Positions 12,001 to 23,867 of a stretch of DNA of 64,000 nucleotides are shown piece after piece; position 1 is the stretch's first letter; each line of letters opens with the position of its first letter. The position numbers were made by a program, and so were the translations under genes. The notes under the pieces are model-generated. The model saw nothing but the letters and a program-made list of their open reading frames with translations. It was not told where the DNA came from and searched no databases. The stretch is from positions 21,887,619 to 21,951,618 of the forward strand of contig OZ316892.1 of NCBI GenBank assembly GCA_973895155.1, given 5' to 3'. The stretch comes from Marsupella aquatica (Eukaryota; Plantae; Marchantiophyta).

Positions 12001-14924
12001 TGCTGCCGAATCCGGAGTTGACTGCTGAGGAGTACCAGCAGCAGATGGTCCTAAGGGTATGCATACACTCGATACGCTCTCCCTGATTTTGTATTTGTGG
12101 CTTGTCAGCACTTAAGTAATCAAGCTATCGGCCGTACATCAAAATAGCTTCCTGGGCTGGAATTAGAACACCGCACACACATTCCCTGTTTGCCAAAATC
12201 TCGGTCCATGAATGGAGCAATTATTGTAGTTAGTACAGCTTGTTTCAAACAGGGGAAATAGTTCACCAAGTACAACGCCTCTAAGATGCTCATCGTCATG
12301 TCATCTGAGCATTCTGACAAGTAGAATCACTTGTCAATGCCAGTAGGTAGTTCATAAAACAACCATTAAATAAACCATGTAAAAGGCGTTTTTGTTTGGA
12401 AAATACATACAGTAGGTGGTTTGAATTTCAGCATATCTAGTCGATGTTCTGAACAAAATAAACAAAATGAAACAAGAATTGACAAAGCGAATGCTTCATG
12501 CGTGAAAGTGCCCCTTGTTTCATGAATATATTACCGACCTAACATTCATGCCGATTCTTCAATATGATACAGTTCTTACGAGTGAAGTACACCAGCAATT
12601 TGGAGCTGCGAGGAAAAGAAGGCCTCCATTCGAAAGAAGACCTCACAGGCGAACAAATCGCAGCTATGAAGATCAAGAAACTCTGGAACTCATCGTGGTG
12701 GGAACAGTTCATCATCTTGTGCAGGCGAAACTGCAAAGCAAGGAGAAGAGACTACCTGAGTATTCTCAGGTCTGGTCAGAGCATTGTAGTAGCGATTCTT
12801 CTTGGTATGCTTTGGTGGCGGGATAAGCTGGAGACAGAGCAGGATGTACGAGACCAGGTAAAAGGCACTTAGGTGTATATCGAGAAGTTGACCCAATTGC
12901 CGAAGTTTCTTTTAAAGGAACAGGAGACAGTCCACAAGGGAGATATAACATGACCGGAAAATCGGATTGCAGCACTCTGAGTCTAACATATAGGAATGTG
13001 AACTATAAAATTTTATCAATACTTAGTTACCGAATCAATAGGAAAGTTCAATTCATTCATAATGTTTCACATGCAATAAAAGCTGGCTGGAGAGAATGTT
13101 TTAGTCTACATGATCCAAATTAGTTCCTGTTATCGTTTCAACCGCTGGACTATGAGACGCAATGTGTAAGGTTCGCGATTAATCGCACTTGCGATCTTTT
13201 CTTATAAGATTTCCAGAAGGTAAAATAATGTCATACTTTACAGAAAACATTTACTCTATTCTAGTCCATTCCTGTTTGACTTTAAACCACTCCCTCGGCA
13301 TTTACCTAGAGGGATGGAACTCATAAAATTGCTAACAAATAACAGCTTCTTTATATATCAAGGGCATTGGATGAGTTTACAACGAAGTAAGAAGTCTTGT
13401 CTCTCCGGGCTTAGCTGATAGCGTGTGGAGTTCTAACGCATAGACTGCTTATCAGTTTTATTGCCATTGGTCATGTAGTAGATGAATTTGTGAAATCCAT
13501 CTACTTACGCTATGGAATTCTTTTGCAGGTAGGACTGCTGTTCTACATTGTTATCTTCTGGTGCACGTTTTCAATGTGGTCCACGATGATGGCCTTTCCG
13601 ATGGAGAAAAATTACCTTGCGAAAGAAAGGGTAGCGGACATGTATCGACTCAGCGCATACTTCATGAGCAGTACTTTGTGTGACTTATTGGCCGAGCTAA
13701 TACATCCTACTCTTTTTATAGCTATCGTGTACTTCATGACCGGTCTGAAGAGTGACTTCCTCACGTACTTATTCACTCTGCTATCTGTCTACACAATCGT
13801 TATCACAGCTCAGGTACGTACGAAGGATCTTGGCCGTTCCGTATCCACTCTCAGCCAGTCCCATTAGTTGTGAATGACATTAGTTGTGAATCACCTGGCC
13901 AAAGTCTCCTACTCAAAGGCTCTGAAAACTCACACTGACAGCTCTCCTCCCAAAAAGAAAACCTATAACTTAAAGGGAATCAGAAAAAGTTTCTGATACA
14001 TCCGGAAATAGGCTGAAAGGCCAGCAGGTCTTAACCAGGCGTAAAGTCGAGCACTTCGAAGGTAGAGAGGTCTTTCAATACTTGTGATACAATAAGTTCG
14101 GGCCCGATTTGTTCCAAACTTCTGCAGAGCAGTGTCGTAAGAGAAGACATAAGTATCCATTCTTCCAGTATTCAAGAATGTCATATTCATGTGTTTAACC
14201 TTTCTTTGTAGTCAGGGAGCGGGGTGACATTAGTGGAAGGTGCACAAAAGCACAAAGGATGAATGGAGTTAAAATTCTCCTAAATTTCTAGAATCTGGAA
14301 ATTGATTGAAAAGGGCTTCTTCTTGGGCTTTCGGGTCCCGTTCAGGGTTGATAGAGTTTCCTTACCCAGTCTGAGAAGAGGAGGATGCAGTAACTTACTA
14401 ACCTGGTAATGGGTACTGCTCCGAGTGCAGGCGTTTGGCGAGTTCTTTGGAGCTGCGGCGCTCGATGTCAAGGGAGTGGGAGTGGTGTCGTCTTTGACAA
14501 TGCTTATATTTCTCCTCGCTGGTGGCTACTATGTCCAGGTTAGCTTTCACAAACTACAACTTGGCATTTGATTTGTCTTACAAGACGATCTTAAGAGAAG
14601 TTTTCCGAGCGAACTGGAAGATCCAGGTTCTACAACAGGAATCTGAGTTTGAGGGTGGCTGTCCTTCAGAACATACCAATATTCTTGCGGTGGATTCGCT
14701 ACACTTCCATCGTCTACTATGGCTTCAACCTACTCCAGAGAGTGCAATATTCTCCGGACCAGACTTACAACTGCCATGGAATTGGAGGATGCCTGTGCTT
14801 TGACGAGTCTCCAATATTTGAAGGCCGCATCAATCTGGACGGCGGCATGAAGGATGCGGTCATATTATTAAGCATGGCTGTGGTTTATAAGTTTCTGGCC
14901 TACCTTTGTCTGCGCCGAGTCTGA
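6096..14924 (+). CDS. ABCG26: Half-size ABC transporter G family, ABCG26-like (sporopollenin-precursor exporter clade), multi-exon
   Basis: GT-AG exons read by hand: ~6790-7008 (ends PIHLE), 8704-8895 (FEDIRYK..GPSGSGK, Walker A), 9016-9116, 9655-9810 (IGYVTQDD), 10277-10460 ([32 protein letters not shown]), 11658-12056 ([11 protein letters not shown]), 12573-12857, 13529-13813, 14431-14538 (GGYYVQ), 14670-14924. Motifs SEGHP, RRRDY, RDQVGLLFY and STLCD match recalled Arabidopsis ABCG26. The 5' end is uncertain: candidate exon 6048-6384 (ATG 6096) could not be joined in frame unambiguously. Confidence 0.9.
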
Positions 14925-17900
14925 TGATTGACTCTGGCCTACATCCAAAGGTAGACTGATGGAGCTCACGTCTATCCTCAGTTTCAATGCATGCAGCGCA
15001 TATACCGAGATGCCAACTGGACGCACACCTAAACTGGATATGGTCCTGTAGAGTGCCAGGAGAGAAGCATATGTGCAGGAGGAGGCGGCTCGATCGTTGC
15101 GAAAGTGTTAATTTAAGCCTCGATCAGAATTACCATACAGCACAACAAAGATAACTTGTTCATGCAATTATATCACCAGTCAGTTCCAAATTTTTAACGA
15201 GACATTGGATAAACGGGCCCACGCCGGTCGACTGCAATGGGACGGGCATTGGGACCGTGCCCAAGCCATTTAATTCTTCTCAGCTTTAAGCGGGGCTTTG
15301 AGCTGTCAGCATTGTACTTTGGTCAGTCTGTGGAAGTCAATGAGACCGACAGATTTGACATTTTGCGAAGGTTGTTCCCGACAGCTCTGGACATCACTGT
15401 CATATTTACAATAACATTCTCACGAAGTAGATGGAATGTTGAAAGCGGCTTCTCACTTCGAATGATTGCGAAAATAGTCGCAGAGGTTGTTTTTGTAGAT
15501 AAACAGTTACCTTTCAATCCTGAAATTCAACAATGTATCGTCACGCAAACCTTCACGGGTGGAAGCTCATCACACACGGGGAATGGTTGAGATGTGGAGA
15601 ACATCTGGGCTGTCACATGTTCGGAACACTTATTACAGCGGCTTTGGACAGAACAGGGCGAGCAGGCACAACATAGTATTACTGTATTTCTGTCAACCAT
15701 TCGAGAGTTCCTCCTCACTTGTGGAAATGGGACTCGACCAGATGAGTTTAGTACATTTGTGCATCTCGCCTGCCGACGTGGCATATTGTTGTGTGGTGTC
15801 TACAGTAGGTCTTCCTGAGCAGTTTTCCAATATACTCTCCCTGTAGCCCAGATTTTAACTAACCCGAGTAGTGGTTTGAAATAATGAACATATTGGGGGA
15901 TGCGACCTTTATGTGTGAGCTCTGGGCTGGGATGGGATCTCCATCTCCTTAAGACTTTTGGCAAAACTTGGCTTTGTATTTTTGAGAGGAATAATTTTCT
16001 AAGATATACTCAGCCATCATTATACTCAGCCATCAATCTAGGCAATTGTAATTCCAAGTACAAAAGCCTTACTATATCAAAAATGTGCTAGAATTCTGGC
16101 ATTTTACTAAGCCATGTTCTTCTTTCTTACACACTATATTGCATGACATTAGTTTCAGGGATGGGAATCTTCATGTGTGAGCTGTGAGCTGGGATAGGAT
16201 CTCCTACTTAACGAAGTTCTCAACTGTAGGAAGTTTCCCTCTTGTAGATTTGCACAAGATATTGTTATATTAATTTACCAGCAGGCTGCAGATCTGACTT
16301 CAGTGTGAATTCAAGCCAGGACCAAGATAAGCTTTTCTGGCTTGCTGCCTTCGCACTGTTTGGAATGAGTTTGTGTGGTCTTCCGAGTCTGGTCCTGTGT
16401 TCCATTCGTCGTGGTGTGCCTGGAAGTACTTGACGTTGTCATTAGAGGTGTGAGGAATTCAGTTCAGACGCCAAGACCCTACAAAAGCTCAAACTTGTAG
16501 TGTCTTTGTGCTGTCGGAATTTGTCTCAGTGACTGACGTTGTGAGAATGGGACTGAACCTGGGGCAAAGCTTTCTGTTTCATTTTGAAGCATTATCTGAC
16601 ATCGGAACAGGTAGGTTCTTCCCTGGAGCAATCCTGTTCCCTCAGCCTATTTTTACGTTTGACGAAAGGTACACTAAGCCTTGTAATGAGTCTAGATTGG
16701 GCCCACATCATTCATGCACTTCGAATTGATGAACGTTAGGTCTCATGTAGGCAAAGTGGGCATTGTACTGCCCTTCTCGGGGACTCTGCTTTTGTATCGT
16801 TGCAGTGTTTAGGAGCTCCCAACTGGCCTTTTACAGACTGACTGAGGTGGTGCCAAAGATTAGCTTCCCATCGCAATTTATTAGTAAGGTAGGGTGTAAT
16901 ATGTCCCTCCATAGTCCATACCATGATAACTAATTAATCAAGTACAAAATTGGAAGCATCTTGTTTTTGAGTTGTGTTCAACAGATTCATGAGGAATCTC
17001 ATCCATATTACAAAGATTCATGTACCCCAAACCTGATGTTCATGCTTCAAATCATCCCCTAATGAACACCACCTTTAGCCTGAAAGAATGTTGTCTCGTC
17101 ATTTCAGGTTCTTTGGAGCTCACATGATAATTCAAATTTTAAGATGGGTGAACAGATGGCAAAGTTTAGGAAAATAGTGCTTGCACTTTCCGTCAGATTA
17201 CATATCTGTGTTTTCGGGCCATGGCTACCAGGCAGCTGGTTTGATAAAGTATGCTTTTATCAGGTTTGTACCCGGTATGGCTCAGAAAGTACTCTAGTGC
17301 TAATTTGTATCCCACCAAGTAAATACGCATAGCATCAAAATGCTAGTTCCATCCAATTCGATTGTTGTAGACCGGACAATTTAGAGTGAACCGTCAATCA
17401 GAAATCAGTCGGACTGATGTCAAAGGATAAGTCTGGGAAAGTAACAGATGGTCAGTCAAGATGGGTTTTACAGTATTGTTACTCCGTTACCTCTTGTACG
17501 CTTTTACAAAAACCAACTACCACACCACTTCGAAGATTTGTTCTTTACTCAGAACGTGACATATAACTAGGATCTTGCATGCAATGTTATTCACGGAATT
17601 TCAAAAATGGCCGAAGTATCAGCAGAAGACTATAAGTACAAGAATAGAACAAACAAAAGATTGTCCACAACATCAATCCTGCAATCGAAACGCAGTCGGA
17701 ATTGAATTGGGATCAGAGAAAGCCCTTGCTGTTGCAGGGAGGTGGAACCGCTATACAGCCTGGGGCTTGTATTTTAGTGGATGCTTGTTCTGCAAGGACC
17801 ACGGCGGACTGCACGCATGAATTTGAGTACACAAGAAAAGTATAGTGGTCCCTCTGAGGAAGCCAAAGAGATGTGTAATGAATGATAGTTAAGTTACTCC

Positions 17901-18169
17901 CTAAGTAATTAGCTTCACCAGACCAAAGACTAGCAGAAATTGCTCCAACCTTTAAGGATGCTGATAACGTGTTGCTCCAAACTTTGTATTAATGGCAACT
18001 GCAATACATTGTGGAGACTCTACCAGTCACCTAATGTTTCTAAAACCTTGCAGCTTGGAGACCAAGGTAGTCCTTCAAAACTTTTGTGTCTCCTTCGGTT
18101 TTATCTGCACAAATATCCCTCCTCACCCTCCCTCAGACACCCTTGACATCCACGACTGACAGTTTATTG

Positions 18170-19756
18170 CTACCTAGGGCCTTGTCCTCGACCTCCGTGG
18201 GATGGTCCTGGCTGTCGGCCCATGTTGTTGCCACCATAAAACTCTCCCTGTGGATATCCATTGTGTCCCCCAGGAACTCCATAACCTTGGGGCCTTCCCG
18301 CTGGACCTACCATACCAAAGGGACCTCCCTGCATTTGCATGGGCCCCCCATATTCTCCATTAGGACCTCTGCTATTAACTGGATAGCCCCCATTTGGACC
18401 TCCATGAGATTGCCTACCCTGTCTGTGTGGCCCTCCACCTTGCACTCCACCACGACCACCCCAACCGTATTGTTGCTGTTGCTGTTGATGTGGATATGGT
18501 GGTCCTTGGACTGGATGACCACTTTGTACTGCCCTTCCATTTGGAGGCCTTGGTGGATACGTAGCTGGGACAGGAGGCAGATGTGGCTGCTGCTGATATT
18601 GCAAGTTTCTTCTCTTAGCCGCCTCCTCTTGATCCTTTCGTAGCTGCTGACGCTTCTTCTTGGTTTGAAACTCATGTGACGTCTCGTACTGAGGAAGGCT
18701 GCTCGGGGCACAAGGCAATGGATCTGTCCAGAAGTACTCTGCGTCCAAAGCATCCTTTGCTGTGATTCTCTTGCTAGGGTCCATAGTCAGCATGCGCTCC
18801 ACGAGGTCAAAGGCGTGCCGGTCGAAAGACTTAAATGTCTCCCTCAGCTTTCGTCTGTGAGATTTGACATTCTTGAACTGAGGAAAGTTCGGTAGCTTTG
18901 ACACTCCAGGCCAATTCGTCTCGTCATAAGATCCACACAGTTCCAGAATCTTATTCAATTGATCGGGCTCAGTCTTTCCCTGAAAAATGGGCCTTCCATG
19001 TAAGAGCTCAGCAAATATGCAACCGACCGACCACATATCCACTGCTTGAGTGTATTTCTGAGCTCCAAGGAGAAGCTCTGGAGGCCTATACCACAGAGTA
19101 ATAACTCGGTTTGTCAACTGCGGCTGATCAGCTGAGTACGATCTTGCCAATCCAAAATCAGCGAGTTTCAAAACCCCGTTATTGTCAATGAGAAGATTTG
19201 ATCCTTTGATATCTCGATGGAGCACCTGGTTGATGTGACAATAATGGAGGCCCGTCAATAACTGCTTCATGTAACACTTGATCTGAGGGACGCTGAATTT
19301 AATGCCAGGTTGATCAATCAAGCCAGTTAGGTCATGATCCATGTATTCGAAAACCATGTATATACTCCCCTTCAGCAGATTCTTGTCATCTGCAGCTGCT
19401 GCTTTCTCAGCATTCGCGCTTGGTTCTGGTCCACCCTTCTCTGTCTCGTCTCTCTCGAGACCTTTGGAGGTAACAATCTCTTTGAGCTGGATGACATTTT
19501 GATGCTGTAACTTCTTGAGAAGTTTGATTTCCCGGATAGCTGTTATTGGAAATCCTTCTTTCTCGTTGTCCATGCGAACCCTTTTCAGGGCAACTATTTC
19601 CTTTGTGACCTTATCCTTCGCCATATACACTTGCCCGTAGGTGCCTTCTCCGATATGCTCTAGTTTCTCAAAGTTGTCGACGCCACGAGAACCGACCCAA
19701 TTCGTGGTCTCGTCCAGGTTCAGCTGCCCAGGCCTTGCTGCCAGTTCCGTCGTCAT
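18170..19756 (-). CDS. CDKC: Cyclin-dependent kinase C (PITAIRE; CDK9/P-TEFb-like), single coding exon
   Basis: 528-aa ORF with GEGTYG, GFPITAIREIK, HRDIKGSNLL, DFGLAR, TNRVITLWYRPPELLLG, the SHEFQTKKKRQ tail and a Q/G/P-rich C-terminus. Confidence 0.96.
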   Translation of the reverse strand: MTTELAARPGQLNLDETTNWVGSRGVDNFEKLEHIGEGTYGQVYMAKDKVTKEIVALKRVRMDNEKEGFPITAIREIKLLKKLQHQNVIQLKEIVTSKGLERDETEKGGPEPSANAEKAAAADDKNLLKGSIYMVFEYMDHDLTGLIDQPGIKFSVPQIKCYMKQLLTGLHYCHINQVLHRDIKGSNLLIDNNGVLKLADFGLARSYSADQPQLTNRVITLWYRPPELLLGAQKYTQAVDMWSVGCIFAELLHGRPIFQGKTEPDQLNKILELCGSYDETNWPGVSKLPNFPQFKNVKSHRRKLRETFKSFDRHAFDLVERMLTMDPSKRITAKDALDAEYFWTDPLPCAPSSLPQYETSHEFQTKKKRQQLRKDQEEAAKRRNLQYQQQPHLPPVPATYPPRPPNGRAVQSGHPVQGPPYPHQQQQQQYGWGGRGGVQGGGPHRQGRQSHGGPNGGYPVNSRGPNGEYGGPMQMQGGPFGMVGPAGRPQGYGVPGGHNGYPQGEFYGGNNMGRQPGPSHGGRGQGPR

Positions 19757-20609
19757 CTTTCCCTCCCACGACTCCTTTTCCTTTCCAAGAGCAACGTCCC
19801 TCTCCTCTTCCTAGTAATTCCGCCTATGACAAAGCAAACAAAACATCTAACTGGGACACACCATGATCAACGATTCCCCGCAAAACTCCTTCTCGCCGCC
19901 GCTCGAAGAGAAAGCGCAAAACACCTCCGCCAATTCCTTCCTCCCTCCTTCGCGATGGAACGCACTCCCCAACTCCACGGACCTCATAATCAACAATCCT
20001 CCGTCCACAATCTAATTTGAAATCTGCAGGTCTCTTGACTAAATTAGTGGGGAAGTGGAAAGAGGAACCAAAAAACCACCACTCTGGAATTTGTTTCGAA
20101 AACTACGCAAACCGAACCCTTCAGAGCTCTCTACTTGATTCCTGTCGCACTGGAAACAGGAAACTAGGTCTGAAAAACCCTTTTGAGAAATAGCTCACCA
20201 TGGAGAGCAGTGTTGTTCGCAAGTGCGCGATTGCGCAAAATATCAATCCTTGTGTTCCGTCCAAATCCTCCGCACACACAAAAAAAAAACAGACCTCTGT
20301 CGATTCCCCCCTCCTGCAACGCACTCCAAACCGCGAACGTCTTTTCAGGAACTCCACATGACCCCAAATGTGACGATTCTCTAGTACCAACACCTACCCT
20401 AACTCAGTGTTCGGAATCTAAAATCTCCATTTCTCCGAAGAGCAAGAGCACACATAATTGGCGACTCTTCCCACTTTCCTCTCTTCCGCCGTTCTCTTTC
20501 CAGTCCGTGTTGCGAAATCCGTCCGCCACAGATTCCAAACAATAGTGCTTCGTTTGGACTAAGCAAAGGAGTAAACAAGACAACCCTCTCTTATATAGTA
20601 GGGCGTCTC

Positions 20610-20836
20610 GCATATGGGAGATTTCCTTCCCGTGTGAAATATGGGAGATTTCCTTCCCCCACAAGGGCAGGTACTGTATACGGTAATTCCTGGTAGTGTA
20701 TACGGTAATTCCTGGTATTGTATACGGTAATTCCTGGTACTGTATACCGTACTGTATACCATAGTTCCCTCACCCTTGTGGAACATTTTCTACTAGGTGT
20801 CACCATTTTCATTTTTTTACTAGGTGCCACCATTTC
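20610..20836. repeat. Cluster of short direct/tandem repeats upstream of CDKC
   Basis: ATATGGGAGATTTCCTTCCC x2; 22-bp TGTATACGGTAATTCCTGGTAx x3; TTTTxTACTAGGTGxCACCATTT x2. Confidence 0.8.
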
Positions 20837-21599
20837 CGTAACCAAAAACTCTTGCCTAGTAATCTTTTTTCCGGGCTGGTATAGGTATTAGGTATGCTAA
20901 TGACTATTTGGACTGGGATTCTAGTCTGAAACCTGTTCCCACAAAGCTCCCGGTTGTTGCCGAAGAACTTGTCTTTTAGACTTGTCTCCCTGTAAATTAT
21001 CCATCATTGTTGCCGGTCAGCATCTCCCTGTAAATCATCCATCGAGCCATTGTCCGTTAACATTTCCTCGCTTTTCGGTCACAGGGTTACAGACTAGTAA
21101 CCCCAAACCAAACCGTCATTACTCTATATGTAACTGTGGTTACGGGATATGCCTATAGTGCGGCATGGGGGGTGAATTATGCGATGGATGGTAACTGTGC
21201 ATAAAGTCATAACAGGCCGTCCAAATGGGGATAACACCCTGCTCAATATTTGTTGTTTTTTCGCAAATCTGCCGCCAAGTGTAATGACCATGGCCTGAGT
21301 CCCAAATTATACATTTTCAAACTATTTTGAAACTACGATTGAAGTTCCAAAATGTATAGTGTAGTTGTTTGTGAGGAATGATTGAGCTCACCTGGGAAGT
21401 ATTTTGGATCTTCGTTCCCCCCGCCCCCCTCCCCCCGCCCCCCCGATTCTTCAGCATATCATCACTGGTTTTCACAAAAATAGGGGAGTCTACGCCACAG
21501 ATCGTACCAATTGCTCTAGGAGGGATTGTTTCTAGGCAGATTCTCTCAACTTCATCTCAGGGTGTTGGAGAGGTTGTTGGACACTCTATGCAGCAAGCT

Positions 21600-22848
21600 G
21601 CTAAAATTCCTGTTTAGATTGAAGTTCTACAATTGATCGTTGTTGCTGCTCCTATCAATTGCAAGATGACAAATGTGCGGAGGATCAAAGGCCCTTCAAT
21701 CCTCCGCATCAAGTTTAGACTACCCCACCTCCAACAATGAGCACGTATCTGCTCCCTGGAGACAAGGTGCAATTGAGGGTCGAAGATTATAGCAAGATCC
21801 TCGACTAGCTTGAAAATCACAACAAGTTGCCTTGTATGGTGATAGACCAAACGTAGCACCTGCTGCAATTGGATCTTTTGGAATGGGCCTTGATTCTATC
21901 GATGTTTCTATGCAGCCAACCGAGGCAGTACCAAATGGCCACACAATCAATCTCGATGAAGAAATTCAGGCTCAATACATTGCAACGGAAATTCAAAGTG
22001 GTATGAGTTGTTGCATATGTACAATCATTATGAGAAGTGGACATGTTTTGTAGTTCTTTTGTTTAAACCAAATTCTAATTGGCTTGTAATTTTGGTTTGC
22101 AGAGAGCAATGGAGAGGTGGAGGTAACCAGGCTGAACTAGAATGAATATCCAACCTACACTGATCTTGTGAATGAAAACTATCATGGTGACCTTAGTCAA
22201 GCCAAAATAGATAGCTTTGCATGGACTACAGCTGGTGGCGGAAAACTACCTCCTCCTGGTAATCATGCTCCATCTGTCCATGATGGACATCGTGTTGCCA
22301 CTTCACCAAGTTTTCCTGCACCTGATGCTTGCCCAAGTCCTACCAATGTTGCTCCTTCACACTCTGCCTCGCGCCCCACCTCCTACGCCTACCCCGGCCC
22401 CAACCCCATCTCGTGCTGTGGGACGGCATAGGCAACACCCCCCACCTAGAAACAGAGCTACTCCAATCTCAGCTCTCTTCATCTAAGACAAACATGGCTG
22501 CTGTCTATTGTGAGAAGTTCGATCAAAATTTTTGTTGATTACATGAAATCAATGGTTGAGTTGAATAGAAAGTTGGAGGAGGCAATATTGTGAGATAGTC
22601 GAGAAGCTCGGATGGAAGCATCTACAAAAACAGAATGGAGGGAGCGTTTTGCTAGGAGACACAGCCTTCAAGCTGAAAAAGAAGTAGTGAAAAGAGGTGC
22701 GGTGGAGAGAGAACATCAAATGTCGGTGATTAGAGCTGAAAGTAAGACTCAATTGTTACTACAACTCTTTTGCTCAAATAAATCAGAAGAGCAAATTGTG
22801 GGCTTGATGAAGGTCATTGATGATGTAGATCAGACTCAGGCCCAATGA
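21600..22848 (+). pseudogene. Probable decayed PIF/Harbinger accessory ORF (Myb/SANT-type ORF1)
   Basis: Stop-interrupted fragments: (L)YGDRPNVAP, a Pro-rich linker and a C-terminal coiled coil (ERFARRHSLQAEKEVVKR..KTQLLLQLF..SEEQIVGLMKVID). It is convergent with the transposase remnant, as in two-ORF Harbinger elements. Family assignment is inferred. Confidence 0.4.
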
Positions 22849-23867
22849 GCTAGTAGTAGAAATGGTGAAACTTCACATTTTGATGAGTTAGTAGTATTCA
22901 TATTATTAATAGAGTACTACTTTGCTCCTCTAGTACTTGGGCAATTTTTGTATAAAGTTCAGTACCTTGCTAAAAAATTCCCCAATAAAATTGCAACTAT
23001 TTCGAATGGGTATGATTGAGTTGTCTGATTGTGTGAATGGAAAGGGTTTAAGCTTTCAACATCCAGTTGTCAATGAGTCAGAGGCATGCTACAAGATTTT
23101 TTTATGCACATTTACTCAGCCAGATAATGTGTGCTAGTTTGTAGGAAGTATATTTTGAAGCTCAGCAAAAAACTAGTGAATAAGAGGTGTGTAATTTTCT
23201 GCTTTAATAATTCACCTCATTTGAATTTTTGATTACTAGTATACCTCAATGTCCATAAGGGGCAAGTCATATCATCGTAATCATCGAGCAGTACAGAAAC
23301 TCACCTCAGTTTACGTGTAGCACTTTTTTTCAAGTGGCACTTTGAGTTCACATGAGTGAGCCCTTTACGTCGTACTTTGTTCCCATGAGAAAGATTTCAT
23401 TAACGGTCGGTTCATCACGAGGATTGGGTGCACAGTTATAGAGGAGGTGGTCCACTCTCGGCCACACTCTTCATTTGCCAGGGTAGGGATGACATTGCAT
23501 TGCTCATGATATTCTGGAAAAAAAGGGGGAGGGATCAACTGTAGTGCGGAAGCTCACAATTGTGAAGGGGGACTTGGAACAATGGTGCTCTCATTGCTTT
23601 GCTACCAATGTGAGTTGCTTGACGTGCTTAGCCAGGTTTTGCTCTTTCAGTGCGTTGCTTGTGCTTGGTCAAGGTTTAGTTGTGGTCACTCCTTATAATT
23701 GCAATGCTAGCGTTGATGGTTCTGAGTATTCCGATTGCTCCAATTGTCCAGGACTATGTAAGCTTCAAGTTGTGCAGGAAGTATGCCTCCGAAAAGTACA
23801 CAGGGTGCTGAAGATCGCACACAAGCTGGTGTTGCCAACATTCCTGAGCAGCTCAATGTAGTCCAAA

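Noticed and set aside
18086-18643. 185-aa plus-strand ORF
   Set aside because: Antisense shadow of the low-complexity CDKC C-terminus.
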